Shown: in pieces, positions 1 through 11,408 of the stretch
Layout of the letters: each line of letters starts with the position of its first letter
Numbering within the stretch: the stretch's first letter is position 1
Source: Lophium mytilinum
Taxonomy: Eukaryota
Reading direction: 5' to 3'
Assembly: GCA_010093605.1 (NCBI GenBank)
Contig: MU004188.1
Location: 2,123,918-2,187,917 of the forward strand
DNA length: 64,000 nt
Position numbers and translations under genes: made by a program
Notes under the pieces: model-generated
Told to the model about the DNA's origin: nothing
Seen by the model: the letters and a program-made list of their open reading frames with translations, nothing else
Database searches by the model: none

Positions 1-305
1 TGGCGGTGTTGGTGGATTGGAGTGCGAGAGTTTAAGGGAAGTGGGAGGCGTGTCCACTTTGGGTTAGCCCGCTGATTGGGGTCACCTGATTCTTAGCGAC
101 CAGAGGAATTGCTTTCCAGCGACTTCCTGCAAGGCGCAGCCAATCAATATTCTCAGGAATCCCGATCCGCTCCTGTGCGCACTTGAAGAAATGGAACCGC
201 ATTTGATCACTGCGCAAAGCAAGTATTCAGAGGGTGTTTTCGAGAGCTTTGGTACCATGGAATCTTCTATGTTCTTCTTCATACCAGCCCCTCTAGGAGA
301 TTCCT

Positions 306-1025
306 TCAGTTTTCCGCAACTTCTTCCATATCAGAATTTTCTCCAGAGCCCTCAAAGTTCGCACCGGTTCCTTTGGCTTTGAGAGACAATTCGTTCCCTT
401 CTTGCAAACACACTTCAGGACGATAGATGGTCGGCTTCAAGCCCCCTGAGGCGATTGTATCTACAGCGAGCGGATTAGCTTAGGCTTTAGAACTAGTCTT
501 CTTAAGAAAGTACCGTCAGTCTCACCATTTGCCCGAGTTTCAAGACAAGCCTTTGCGCCTGGTAGTATATCCTGCAGCCGTCTGTTGTGCGAAGTGCTCT
601 CCCTCATTCTCAGACCAGTATGCAGGTGGGACTGCATCAGTAGCTGGCAGACCATTTTTGCCGGCCAAAGCTTGCAGCCTCTTTGCATGCAAAGCTTTGT
701 CAGGACTGCTTCTGTGTGTTGCGGGCGCAGATCCCGTCGAGCCAACCTGATTCAAGGCCATCTCTGCAAAATTGTAGATGTGATCGCTCGTGAGTGTTAC
801 GGAGTCGCTGCCGCTGCCGCTGTCATCGCTGTTGGCGCTATCGTATGCATCGTCATACTCTGCCTCGTAATCTTCCCAGTCATCATCTTGAGTCACCTCC
901 TCTGCGGCATTCCCTGCTTCGGAATCCATGGTGCCTTCGCGGTCGACCATGGAGCTGATGCCATTGAAGAGAGGGGAGGATTCGGCCATGGACTCAGGGT
1001 CGTTGGGTTCGAGCTTTGGGAGCAT
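306..1025 (-). pseudogene. Array A unit A1: family N-terminal domain, MYND finger absent, frame disrupted
   Basis: MLPKLEPNDP...LHAKRLQALAGKNGLPATDAVPPAYWSENEGEHF matches the family motif. This frame stops (TGA 540-542) just before the family intron (461-525), whose donor is in another frame. The downstream exon starts GLKPTIYRPE (family linker) but has no CxxC pairs. Confidence 0.55.
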
Positions 1026-1626
1026 CGTTTCTGTCTGTTGAGAAGTATTGAGACTCCTTTGCTGAGGGGGTTGAGAGTTCGGAGAGGCAAACATGTAGTG
1101 AGACGGGGCACGAGGAGATGAAACTCGAGGTGATTGACATCGGAAAACCTGCACCGGTTTAATAGGAGTGCTCAGCATATTTGAGAAAGGTGAATTGTTC
1201 CATACTGCGCTCACATCATTCGAGCAACTCGCAGAACTTGTTTCAACCGGTGAGGCTGCTTTCGATAGTATGTTACACCAACAAAGGCACTTTCAGTATT
1301 AAGAACCCGAGGTAAGGTTTCTGTCATCGAGTGTACCTTCGAATGCATGGACATCCAACATTCTGGAGAAACTAGGTGAGGAATGTTGGGAATGAAGTGG
1401 GTGGTAAAGTGTTCAACTTGATACGCCTCGATGAGCTACACTACTCGCGATAATCGTAGAGGTATCGATATCATGAACACATAAAGTCTTTGGGTTTCTA
1501 TGCTATATCTTTCCAACTCCATGCCCAATGCTTGCCTATGCTGTCACCATCACCGTTCTTACCACATTGAATGAAAGGACAGTCTTGACGGGAAACCCTC
1601 AGTAGTCAGGGAACTCCGCCCATGCC

Positions 1627-2340
1627 CTAGTTCCGAGCAGCGTCCATAAGATGATCATCTCTAGACAGGAACTGCGGGTTCCAGAGTCCTTTAGCCCAAG
1701 TCTTTGCCTGCCGGCAGTAGTGCTTGTGCAATCCCACCCAGTCTTGAACCTGACATGCCCTCGAGCAGTACATTGCCACACCACAGCCCGCGCATTTCTT
1801 TAAATTGTCCGTCGAATGACAGGCGAGACAGCTAGCCGCCCGTGGGAGTCCTGTTCCTGTGGTTGGTCTGTAGACAACAGGCATCCAGCCCTCCGGTATT
1901 CTCTCTACAACTATATCAGCACTTGGGCTAACGTTTGGAAACATATCGGCGCGTGGCACGTACTACTACTAGATTCTGAGCTCTTGGCGCAGGCAGCAGG
2001 TGAACGTTGCAGAACAAGTCCGTCTCCCACGGCTTCGAAGTAGTGGGCTCCACCATCTTCTTTCCAGTATGCCGGAGGCACAGTGTCGGTAATCTGTTTC
2101 CCCGAATAGTTTGCGCGCAACTGGAGATACGCGGCTCGGAAGCTGGGGTTTGTGGTGTTGTCTTCCCAGAAGGAACTAGCAGGATGGCTCGGGTTCATCT
2201 GATCCATGACAGTGTCTACGAACTCCTTCAGCTTGTCACGAGGGAGAGCGTTGAACTCTGCCCTAAGGTAAGGATTGTGGTGACGCTATGAATTTGAAGA
2301 TAGTTACCGGGTCATCAAGGTCGATAGCGGTTCTTGGCAC
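1627..2340 (-). pseudogene. Array A unit A2: N-domain + MYND zinc finger, frameshift near 2288
   Basis: IDLDDPVTIFKFI / (+1 shift) RHHNPYLRAEF...PSFRAAYLQLRANYSGKQITDTVPPAYW; phase-1 intron 1911-1963; EGWMPVVYRP then CLAC..CAGC..YCSRACQVQDWVGLHKHYC (MYND). Confidence 0.75.
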
Positions 2341-2998
2341 TTCGGAGTTGGTTGCTTCGACTTTGGGGCTCACGAGAGTCGACGTCTGCGTAGTGTGTTG
2401 CCTGTTTATGACCGTTTCTTGCTCCTTGTTCTTTACTGCCTCGAGATAGGTCTTCCAGAGACGACAATCATGCTTGTGCTCTTTCCAGTTTGCACGCTGG
2501 GACTCTTTCGAGCACTACTTCCTGTACTTGCAGGCAGAGCATGCTCTCACCTTGTCCGTCGATCCACAATGCGCGCAGTTATCGGGTAAAGGGTCGCCTC
2601 CCGGACGGTAAACTGGCGCTCGCCAGCCCTCTGGGACGACCGCATCTATCCAGGCATCGTTAGTACATATGCATATATGGAGAACCTTGAGCCACCAATA
2701 CAGATCGTTGCACTGACCATCCTGCCCGGCCTTTGCATAGCATTAGCGTCTAACAATATTCTCCGCATCCTTCTTCTCCAAGTAATATTTCCCCCCGTTT
2801 TCGGACCAGTATCCCGGCCAGATGGAATCAACGACCGGCTTCCCGCCCGTGTCAGCCATAGCCTGTAGCGCCGTGCCGCGTTCATCAGGGTCGTTGGAAA
2901 GGCCGCTGTACTTTGACGACAAAGCTCTTGTCGGGTCGAGCTCGTTGAGGGTCACCTCTAGCAGCGCGCTGAACTGATCCGCTGGAATATATCTGAAT
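2341..2998 (-). pseudogene. Array A unit A3: 5'-truncated N-domain + degenerate MYND, in frame with A2
   Basis: ERGTALQAMADTGGKPVVDSIWPGYW; in-frame TAA 2743-2745; intron 2646-2717; PEGWRAPVYRP, CAHC..CSAC KYRK*CSKESQRANWKEHKHDC (TAG 2515-2517). The frame continues without a further stop into the A2 N-terminus. Confidence 0.75.
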
Positions 2999-3640
2999 CG
3001 CGTGCGCAGACTTGCCTCGGAATGTAGCGCTGGAAGTGGAGGTGGCAAGCGTCTTGTCGAAGGCATCGCCCAGGGAATGATCCGGGAAGTGACTGGAGCT
3101 GGTTGGATGCATCATCAGGCACGCATCGACATCGCTGTAGGCGCCTGCTTTGATCAGCGTGATCTTGCCTCCGATGGTTTCTTCGGCAGGTGTTCCTAGC
3201 AGGCGGACGCGACCGGGGAGGTTGCTCTCCTCTAGAGCTTCTGCGACGGCTAGAAAGACCCCGAGAGATGTGGTCGCGATGAGGTTGTGGCCACATGCGT
3301 GACCGATGTCGGGGAGGCGTCGTATTCAGCGTTAAAAACAAGTAATCTTCCATCAAAACCACGTTCAATCTCGAAGGCGGTAGGGATGTCATAGGCGCTT
3401 GGCGTTATTCTGATTTCGGAGGGTACCGATTCCGCCGCTTCAATGAGGGTGTCGTGGGCGATGAATTCTTGGAGCGCGAGTTCGGGGTTACAGAAGATCT
3501 AAACTTTGATTAGCAGGTAGATGAGATAGTCTATCCGTCGGCTGTTACTTTTTGGTTGACTTTCCATAGCAGTTCTCGGTGCCTAGCAAGACTTCGGTGG
3601 ATTACCGCTTGACTTTCCGCGAAAATCTGGAACTGGGATA
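2999..3640 (-). pseudogene. N-terminal half of an M20 family amidohydrolase (ACY1L2/PM20D2-like), truncated and frameshifted
   Basis: Manual translation: KVNQK|IFCNPELALQEFIAHD (intron 3499-3548) ... FNAEYDA[frameshift ~3310]IGHACGHNLIA ... RVRLLGTPAEETIGGKITLIKAGAYSDVDACLMMHP ... FRGKSAHA. These are hallmark M20 motifs; similarity ends at ~3000. Confidence 0.85.
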
Positions 3641-4205
3641 TTGTTCGTGGACGAACGTTGATATTGAGGAGACGCGGTGTCTTGTGTACCTAAACGAGCA
3701 GGCGGCGGCTAGCTATATGCAGGAGAAAGCGGAGGTGGCTGGGCCCAACCACCCTGATTACATTGGAGATAAACCTACGAATTCTTCAGGATTTTTCTCG
3801 TGAGCAACAGCGTTAGCAATGCGATGCCTTGCAGAGGCCCATGTGTTATGTTACACCGCGATTCTCGTATGCCTTCGGCTTGAAAGGTCGAGTGAGAACG
3901 AAGATGATGGGCTTTCAACTATGGGGGCATCACTTGAAAATCGTATGTGGGAGATTTGAGCTCTACAAGAGCGATGCCAGTCTGACTGGTGTTTGCTATT
4001 GCTAGTATAGAGCCAGACAGAAGCATCTCAGGTAATTGGGTGGATGATTTCTAGACCTTTTGACCCTGTCTTGGGTGTCGAGTCAGAAATTCCAATTCGA
4101 CGCCGACATAGGCACATTGCAGTAGCTACGAACAGCATATACCATAAGTCGTGAGACCTGGAGGATACTCTGATCGTCATGCCAATTCCAGTGATCTATG
4201 ATACC

Positions 4206-4991
4206 TCAGGCACCAAAGGCCTGCTCTCCACCTTCCTCGGGTTGCTCAGCACGCTCGGGCTTCTCGCCTTCACCTGCTTTCTTGTCCCCTTCTGTTGTTT
4301 TGCCTTCCTCCTCAGGCTTCTTGCTTCCTTCAGGTTTCTTATCATGGAGCTTAGCCCGCCATCCGGGAATGAAATCCGCAGTCCGCTTGCAGATTAGCTT
4401 ATGAACTGGCCAGGCACCCCGTTGACACTCCTTAGAGCAGTAGCTAGCCCACTTGCATCCACTACAGAGGCGTAGGCCCTCCGTTGCCATACACGCTTGA
4501 CAGGAAGCCTTGTAAGCAGGCCCAGATGGGTAGTAAGAGGTGGGTTTCCACTCGTTTGGCGCCTGAGAGAAATCGACTTCACTGTGTTAGCAGAGCTCTG
4601 AAGGACATAAGGTCCAAGGATGCCACTTACGCTCGTCCAAAGACTTGGTGCCCAGTGCAACCACTAACATCCTCTGCCCGTCGTTGATGAAGCTGAAACG
4701 TCCCTCGTTCTCCCCCCATAGAGCCGGTACCACTAGATCCGTGACCTGCTTGCCGTGAATGTTCGATACTCTCTGGAGCAATGCCGCACGGAATTCGGAA
4801 TTTTGTGCGTGGTCGTTGTAGAAGAAACTGCCTTGATTCGGGTCGCAACGATTGAGCATTAGCTCTGCGAAATCCATGCAATCCTCCATTGTTTGTCCTT
4901 TGAGTAATTTCTCCCACTCCTCTGGGTTGTTGTAGGCCTCCATGGCCGTAAAGATCGACAGGGGATCTTTCAGGTCTAGTTTGGGCGGCAT
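4206..4991 (-). CDS. Array A unit A4: N-domain + MYND zinc finger protein
   Basis: MPPKLDLKDP...FRAALLQRVSNIHGKQVTDLVVPALW; GTAAGT donor at 4630 (needs an AAG acceptor to stay in frame); NEWKPTSYYP, CQAC..CSGC..YCSKECQRGAWPVHKLIC. Confidence 0.8.
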
Positions 4992-5382
4992 CGTGTCGAG
5001 TTGGGGTGAAGTGAAAATCTGTGTCGTAGGTGGAGTTATGTTGAAGTGGGTTAGTGAGGTGATCAAAGAAGCTAAATTGGACTTCGCTTAATATAAGCTA
5101 ACAAGTGAGCGCACGGACCTTAGGCGCTCAGGTGAAATGGAATGACTACCTTCTCGAACGCCAAAGTCTGGTGGGAGAGTTGTATACAGAAACAAAGTGT
5201 TCTAGAATGCTCAAGGCAGGCCATGAAACTTATTGTAGCTACGTTTCTTGCTCGACACTACTCGATGCTTTTTCCAGTTCGAGCAGTCAAAGCATCCCTT
5301 AAGACAAACGAAAGGAGCAAACAAAGGCAAGAGTAAGGATGAAACTCAAGCCATGCCCTAGCATAGCGACGTCCTATGCTGC

Positions 5383-6141
5383 TCATCTGGGTAAGAGCCT
5401 GATGGCATTATTGCCGCCGACAAAAAGGTAAGTGGCAGGCGACTCTTGCGTACCCTCTTCAACCTTTTCCCCAGGGCTAATCTGTCTCGTTCCAGCCTTC
5501 GACTCTTCCGACCGTTCGCAAAGAGGCTTGTGCTTCTTCCAGCCAGCCCGCTGGCACACCTTTGAGCAGTGCTGGATCCATGCGCAATTGCCACAGACGG
5601 ACAAGCAGCCCGCCGAACCACACTGGCTGCATCCATCCTGGTGCCGAGGTCGCTCAGGGAAGTACGTAGTAGGCTTCCATCCTTCGGGGACAAGTTATTT
5701 GAGAACTGTACCAAACGTTAGCTAGCGTCCTCAACGCCACGGCCATATCCACCTACGATCTGCTACGTTCTCTCCACGAGCCTTCTTCATAATCGACTCA
5801 ACAATGAAATCCATGGAATCTGCCAGGCCCTTGTAGTTGATAGCTTTGACTTCTGATCCCTCCTCGATGAACTTGTATTTGCCGTTGTTTCTGCTCCAGT
5901 TGGCGGGGGACACGGTATCTGTGACCGGCTTTCCGAGCTCGTTTGCCTGGCGCTGGAGCTCCGCGGCGCGGAAGGCGGCGTTAGTGGTTCTGTGCATTCT
6001 CCAGAAATTGTGCTCGCTGTGAGAAGTGTTAAGACAGTCGAACATAAGCTCTTCGAAAGCCTAGGGCTCATCTTCCGAATGGCCCTCGCAGATTCTGCTC
6101 CACTTGTCCGTCTCCTCGCCTCGGTCGACGAAGGCGATCAT
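5383..6141 (-). pseudogene. Array A unit A5: N-domain + MYND, two in-frame stops
   Basis: FRAAELQRQANELGKPVTDTVSPANW; intron 5706-5756; EGWKPTTYFP, CSQC..CGNC..HCSKVCQRAGWKKHKPLC; in-frame TAG 6061-6063 and TAA 5695-5697. Start uncertain. Confidence 0.75.
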
Positions 6142-6697
6142 GGGTTCGCTCAGATCCGACAAGGTTGCCGTATTAGTGGTTATGTGTAAGGGTAGAGCTG
6201 CCGGAATCCTTTGACGGCAGTCAGCTCGCTGGGGTGTCGATCTGTGGGAAGGAAGATCTTGAGCTGAAGATTGGGTCGAGGAACCTTCATATGGCCGAGC
6301 AAGTCACGTCATGACCTGATTGCTCTTGCAACAGGCAAGTAAAGTAGCTGAAGCTCATCGGCAATCCACATCCTTCTAGACGCTAGAACTATGCGTGTAG
6401 GGATATTTCTGGGCTATGCAGCTTGTCTTTACAATTATTACTCGCGTTCGCGTGAAAATAACGAAATGGAAATAGGACATGAACCGCCATCGGCTATTAC
6501 GAGCGCATGCCGGATACACATGCAAGAAGCTGCCTCTAAATGCGTAAGTACTCTGACTCCGCTGTGCGATAATGAAAGTCAAAGTGATAATGCGTCTGCC
6601 TGTTGCCTCAACAGCGAGGCATCTAAGGAAAAGCTAATGCAATCATATAGCTACAATAACTCAGCTAAAAGGAAGCCATGCTGCAACGAACGCTCGT

Positions 6698-7429
6698 TCA
6701 AGCCTCGTTCTGAAGTCCCCTGAATATCTCGATACGCTTACAGAGTTCTTTGTGACCATCTGCATCACCTTGCTTACAAGCTTCTGAGCAGTACTGCATA
6801 GTGAGACAGCCGGCACATTTGAAGAGCCTCTTCTTCGACATGCACTTGCCGCAAAGCTGCTGGCGTGGACGCCTCGTGGGATAGTACGTCACAGGCTTCC
6901 AGCAAGATTGATTCTCCGGTGCATCTGCGTCTCAAGCTCGAGTCAGCCCATCCATCCAGATAGCAAAGGCAATTAAAGAATTACCTAGCTCACGTTCCGG
7001 CCACCACACCGAAACGTTCCACCAGACTAGTATGCCATGCTCACTAGGCTCGTAGAACGCCTTCGAATTCTCATCTTCGTTCAGCAGCTCACATGCTTTC
7101 TCGACAGCCATTGTGTCGTATGTGACATTACCACTACCAGTCAAAGGTGGATCCGCGATGATTGCTGTGTCAGGCCCTGTGGTGGTCACTGGAATTCCTA
7201 CCTCGTCTGCGAGCTTCTGGAGACGGTATGCGCGGAAACGGGGATGTTTCTCGGCTTCTTCCCAGATGACGTGAGAGGGATGGGAGGGGTCATGGCGACT
7301 TTGGATCAGCTCCGTGATGGCGGCACTGGGTTGCTGGAGTAGGTGGCCATATGTCTTGGGGACTTTGCCTTGTTGGTAGGCGAGGAGGAAGGCGTGGTAG
7401 GAATCTGACTTTGATGGGGGGTCCGCCAT
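6698..7429 (-). CDS. Array A unit A6: N-domain + MYND zinc finger protein
   Basis: HPSH..FRAYRLQKLADEVGIPV; intron 6925-6984; CWKPVTYYP, CGKC..CAGC..YCSEACKQGDADGHKELC. Confidence 0.8.
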
Positions 7430-7724
7430 GGTTGCTAAGAGAGGGAGGAGGTGGAGTGGTGACCGTTGTGGGGGGGTGGAACTTAAGTGACGGGGTCAGG
7501 AAGACGAAGAGAAGAATCCAAAAGAAGCTTAAGTAGACTTCGATGCACACTTGCTTTGGTGAATGGACGAGAGACGGGAGTGATCACATGGTCTGCTGTC
7601 TTAGGATTTGTAATTGGCAAGGAATCTTAAATCTCGCCCGGAGAATAATGTCTCCTTTCCAAAAGTCAAAACTTCTAGGACCCCAGGAGAACCCCGCATA
7701 GTAGCAGCCTACTATGTACAAAGC

Positions 7725-8459
7725 TCACTGATGAATTCTGATAGCCACAATATGCTCGCACAGGGGCCGGTGCTTCGCCAAGTCCGCCCTCTGGCAATGG
7801 ATGGAGCAATAGGCTACGGAGGCGCAGCCGTAGCACATATAGTCTAGCACGCTCGGGTTCCGGCATGTAGGGCATAGGAAGTTCGGTTGACAGTAGGCCG
7901 GATAATAAGTCTTTGGTATGATGCCTAGTTCGGACACGACTATTCTTGTTAGCTGCATCCTCGTTATAGCGCCAAGCAGCTTCAATGTACGCAAAGCTCA
8001 TCCACTCTTGGCCAATCAACGGTCCAATAAAGGAGACCCTGGTCTTGCAATCATAGCGAGTCCCGTCAGGTAACCCCCAGAAGAAGCGTTCAGGCCGTTG
8101 GAAAACTCACGGTTTGAAGGAGGATAGCTGACGGCTCCATGTGCGGTGCGGAAGGTGATGCACTTTCCAACATCTCTAGTCTCCCGGAGAACGAAAAAGT
8201 GACGCGGAACGACGTCGGTAATAGGATAGCCCTCGTGATTGGCGACGATCTGCATTTGTGCTGGGCGAAAGAGAAGGCTTGTTTGGTTGTCTCTCAGGAA
8301 CTGGTACCAGTGGTCCACGGTCAACCTCTCGCGCGCGGCCATGACAAGCCTGTTGAACTCCGCCGGAGATAAGGCTACGAGCTCATCGGGGGCGCTTCCA
8401 CGCAAACAGAGGAAACGGGTGATGGTTTCGGGGTCGTTGGGGTCGGCTTTCGGAGCCAT
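7725..8459 (-). CDS. Array A unit A7: N-domain + MYND zinc finger protein
   Basis: MAPKADPNDP...FRPAQMQIVANHEGYPITDVVP; IIPKTYYP, CPTC..CYGC..YCSIHCQRADLAKHRPLC. Intron number (1 or 2) uncertain. Confidence 0.75.
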
Positions 8460-9014
8460 GATGATGGCGTTTGAGGGCCGTCGGCTCCTTGTGTAGGTGT
8501 GGAGGTTGCCAGAAGATCTGAGAAAGTGCGGGCTGAAATGTAGAGAGCGCGGTGCACGGACTCGTGGTTGATATGAGGTGAAGTTGGGGACCATCGTCAT
8601 CCCAGCTCTGGCAGCGACATTCACCTGACCAGTAATTCACAGAATCAAAAGCAGTGCATTGCTACTGAAGAATTGCTACGGCAGGTAGCAGGCTATGTGG
8701 AGAATGCCCTCTGAAGCCTGAGAACTTAACATCTCGAGAACCACCCATGAATCTCGGTAGTTGCGGCCACCATGCTGGTGTCTGTCTACCACATCGCTGT
8801 CGTAAGCGCCCCGCCGAAAAGCCATGCCCCATCCGCTGTTAGACACCCTCCACCCGCAAACCCCCGGCAAGGAAAAGACAAGTGTGACGTGTGGGTAGTG
8901 AAGCAACAGAGTGAGTGCTTGAACAAATACGTACCAATCAAAGACAGTTTCCAGGATCCGGCACAGCATCGACAGTGTCCGAGGTCGCATTCCCATCCTT
9001 GTCGTTCTCCGCCT

Positions 9015-9709
9015 TCACTTCTCCTTTGCCTTCATCGCCTTCCTCTGGGCAGACACAGCACGACAAGTCTTCTTGTGACGTCCCCAATGCTCCTTCTGAC
9101 AGTCCACCGAGCAGTACTTAACGCACGAGCAGCCGGTGCAGAGGCGGGCACCTTCTGGTTTCTCACAGACGCGGCAGAATTGACGAGGTTCGGGGAAGTA
9201 GATAGCTGGGTGCCACTTCGGATCTTGAGCGTCGACTAGGCATGTCGACACGAGTTAGAATTTCAAGAGTTTCGCATGAGTTTGTCCCGCTATATTGTAC
9301 GCTCACCGGGCTTGGGTAAGGCGACTCTGAATGTCCCTGAAAGGAACTGCACAGAGCAGCTTCGGTCCAAACCCTCGTTGCCCATATCCAAGACCCAGCG
9401 CTCGAAGTGCTCTGGAGGGATCTCATCGATAACAACCTTCTCCAAGATATTGGCGAGGAGCTGTAACTTGCGGGCGCGGAATTCGTCGATGGGAACGTTT
9501 CCTCTGTGGTTCCATGACGGGTGAGACGGGGTCGTGGCTTCGTCGATAAGTGTGTGCAAGATGTCGAAAAGTTCTTTGGGATGGCGGCTGGTCATCTCTG
9601 CAAAGTTGCTTGCGTCATCCTTGCCGTCCTCGTTAGGCTTATCGCTAAGACTGTATCGGATGTGCGTGTTCGAGCCAGGATGCGGGATGGTCCATGTTGG
9701 TGACGCCAT
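9015..9709 (-). CDS. Array A unit A8: N-domain + MYND zinc finger protein
   Basis: HPSW..FRARKLQLLANILEKVVIDEIPP; intron 9236-9306; QDPKWHPAIYFPEP, CRVC..CTGC..YCSVDCQKEHWGRHKKTC. Confidence 0.85.
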
Positions 9710-10150
9710 GACGATAAGGTTGGTGACTGGCGTTCCGTGTCAGTGGGTTTGTGGTGTTGTTGTATCAGGCAACAACAAGAAGTTCGAGAGGGACCGCGTT
9801 GTTATTGCTTAGTCACACTCGCGCGTGGTCAATTTTCCCGTCTATCCCACCATAGAAACAGGTAGAATGTCGCCGAAGGAAAATGCAGCTTCGTGAACAT
9901 GATCGCTGTATTGGCTCGCCTGGCGACCTCTTATAATATGGGGCTGGTATGCTATGCTGATACTAACACTTCATACCCACAAAGACTTCTTTATTGGTTA
10001 TGTTACTTCACGGGGACATATCATGCATCTCTCTTTATTTCATTGCCTAGAGTCTAGCACTTCTCTACCCGTAATTGAGCCCACATTGCCACTATCTCCA
10101 GGTCAAAATTGATAGACTTGGCCGCCATTCTTCGACACCGCCTAGCCGCC

Positions 10151-10862
10151 CTAGATAACCGTCTTCTCAACCTTCGAAGCTGTCTTGTAGCTATTTGGAA
10201 TCGAGCTCGCATCCAAGATCTCCTCTGTCACATAACCATTAGCTTTCAGCCCTGCAATGTGTCGACACGCGTCCTTGTGATCTTTCCAGTCGACCCTCTG
10301 GCATTCCTTTGAGCAGTATAACACAGACGAGCAGCCGGTGCACAAGCGCAGGCCTAGCGATGATTTGCAGATAGGACAGAATGGCTCAGGCTCAGGGTAG
10401 TAGATAGCAGGCTTCCAATTCGGGTCCTGAGGCGTAACTACACCATAGTTAGCTCCATCCCTGCAACGTTTCCATAATCGCGACAAGCCGCTACATCTAC
10501 TCACCAAGGTTCTTCGCCGTAACAAGGAGATCCAAGTTGCCGACCTCCACAGCACATCGGCAGCCAATTTGCTCCGGGGGAATTGTATCAATGATGGTTA
10601 TGGAACGGTTCGCGATAGACTGGAACTTCTCGGCTCGGAACTGCGCGTCTGATTTGTCCCCTTTCAACGCGCGGCATGGGTGTTTTGGGTTGACGACTTC
10701 TGCGAAGAGACTGAGGAATGCTTCGGTAGTGGCTTTGTTGTTTTCCGGGAAGAGCTTCTGGTGCTCGTTGTATACGACCACGGTTTCGGAGCCGGTCTCG
10801 GGGTGCTCGAAGATCAAAGTTGGGTGATCGAAAATCGAAGCTAGGGGATCTGCAGGAGGCAT
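10151..10862 (-). CDS. Array A unit A9: N-domain + MYND zinc finger protein
   Basis: HPC..FRAEKFQSIANRSITIIDTIPP; intron 10438-10504; QDPNWKPAIYYPEP, CPIC..CTGC..YCSKECQRVDWKDHKDAC. Confidence 0.85.
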
Positions 10863-11012
10863 GGCGAGAGCTTTAAGAGAGTTGCTTGCTGGTATGACGA
10901 TAGGAACTCAAGAGCTTGGTGCAGTGGTGGATTGCTTAGACCTATCGGCGGAGGAACCCGACTACGCGGTTTATTAGCCGAGCGAGTTTAGCCGAGCACG
11001 TGACTCTCATGC

Positions 11013-11408
11013 TCATGCAGGTGAGGGAAGCTGTGAGTGGTCGAGTAAGTACTCACTACGTGGTTTTGGAACAATGGTGAAGAGCCCTCCTCCAATCAGC
11101 AGCTCGCACTCCATCTCGTAGCATGTCGGGTGTACGCGGTCGATGATAGGAAAGTTCGACTGGGTGGAAATTTCCTGAAGCGTGTCGGCGCGGAATTGCT
11201 CTACGGATTTGTTGCCCCTTAGGAGCCAGGAGGGGTGCCCTTGGTTGAAGACTGCTTCGAACATCGAAGTGAAGGCATGGAGAGCAGGACCTTGGCCCCT
11301 CTTGATGAAGTCCTCGTATTCTTTTGTGTCTATCTCATCTTCACCCCAGCTGATCGTGGACAAAGCGCCGGTCTCTGGGTAGTAGGCGTTCCAGGTTGGT
11401 TGTGGCAT
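11013..11408 (-). pseudogene. Array A unit A10: exon 1 only (N-domain), MYND exon missing
   Basis: MPQPTW...HPSW..FRADTLQEISTQSNFPIIDRVHP...VPKPR, then a GTGAGT donor at 11056 at the family intron position. No linker/MYND exon follows before the A9 start. Confidence 0.65.

Noticed and set aside
2958..3392. 144-aa Arg-rich ORF from the track
   Set aside because: Alternative-frame shadow of the M20 pseudogene.
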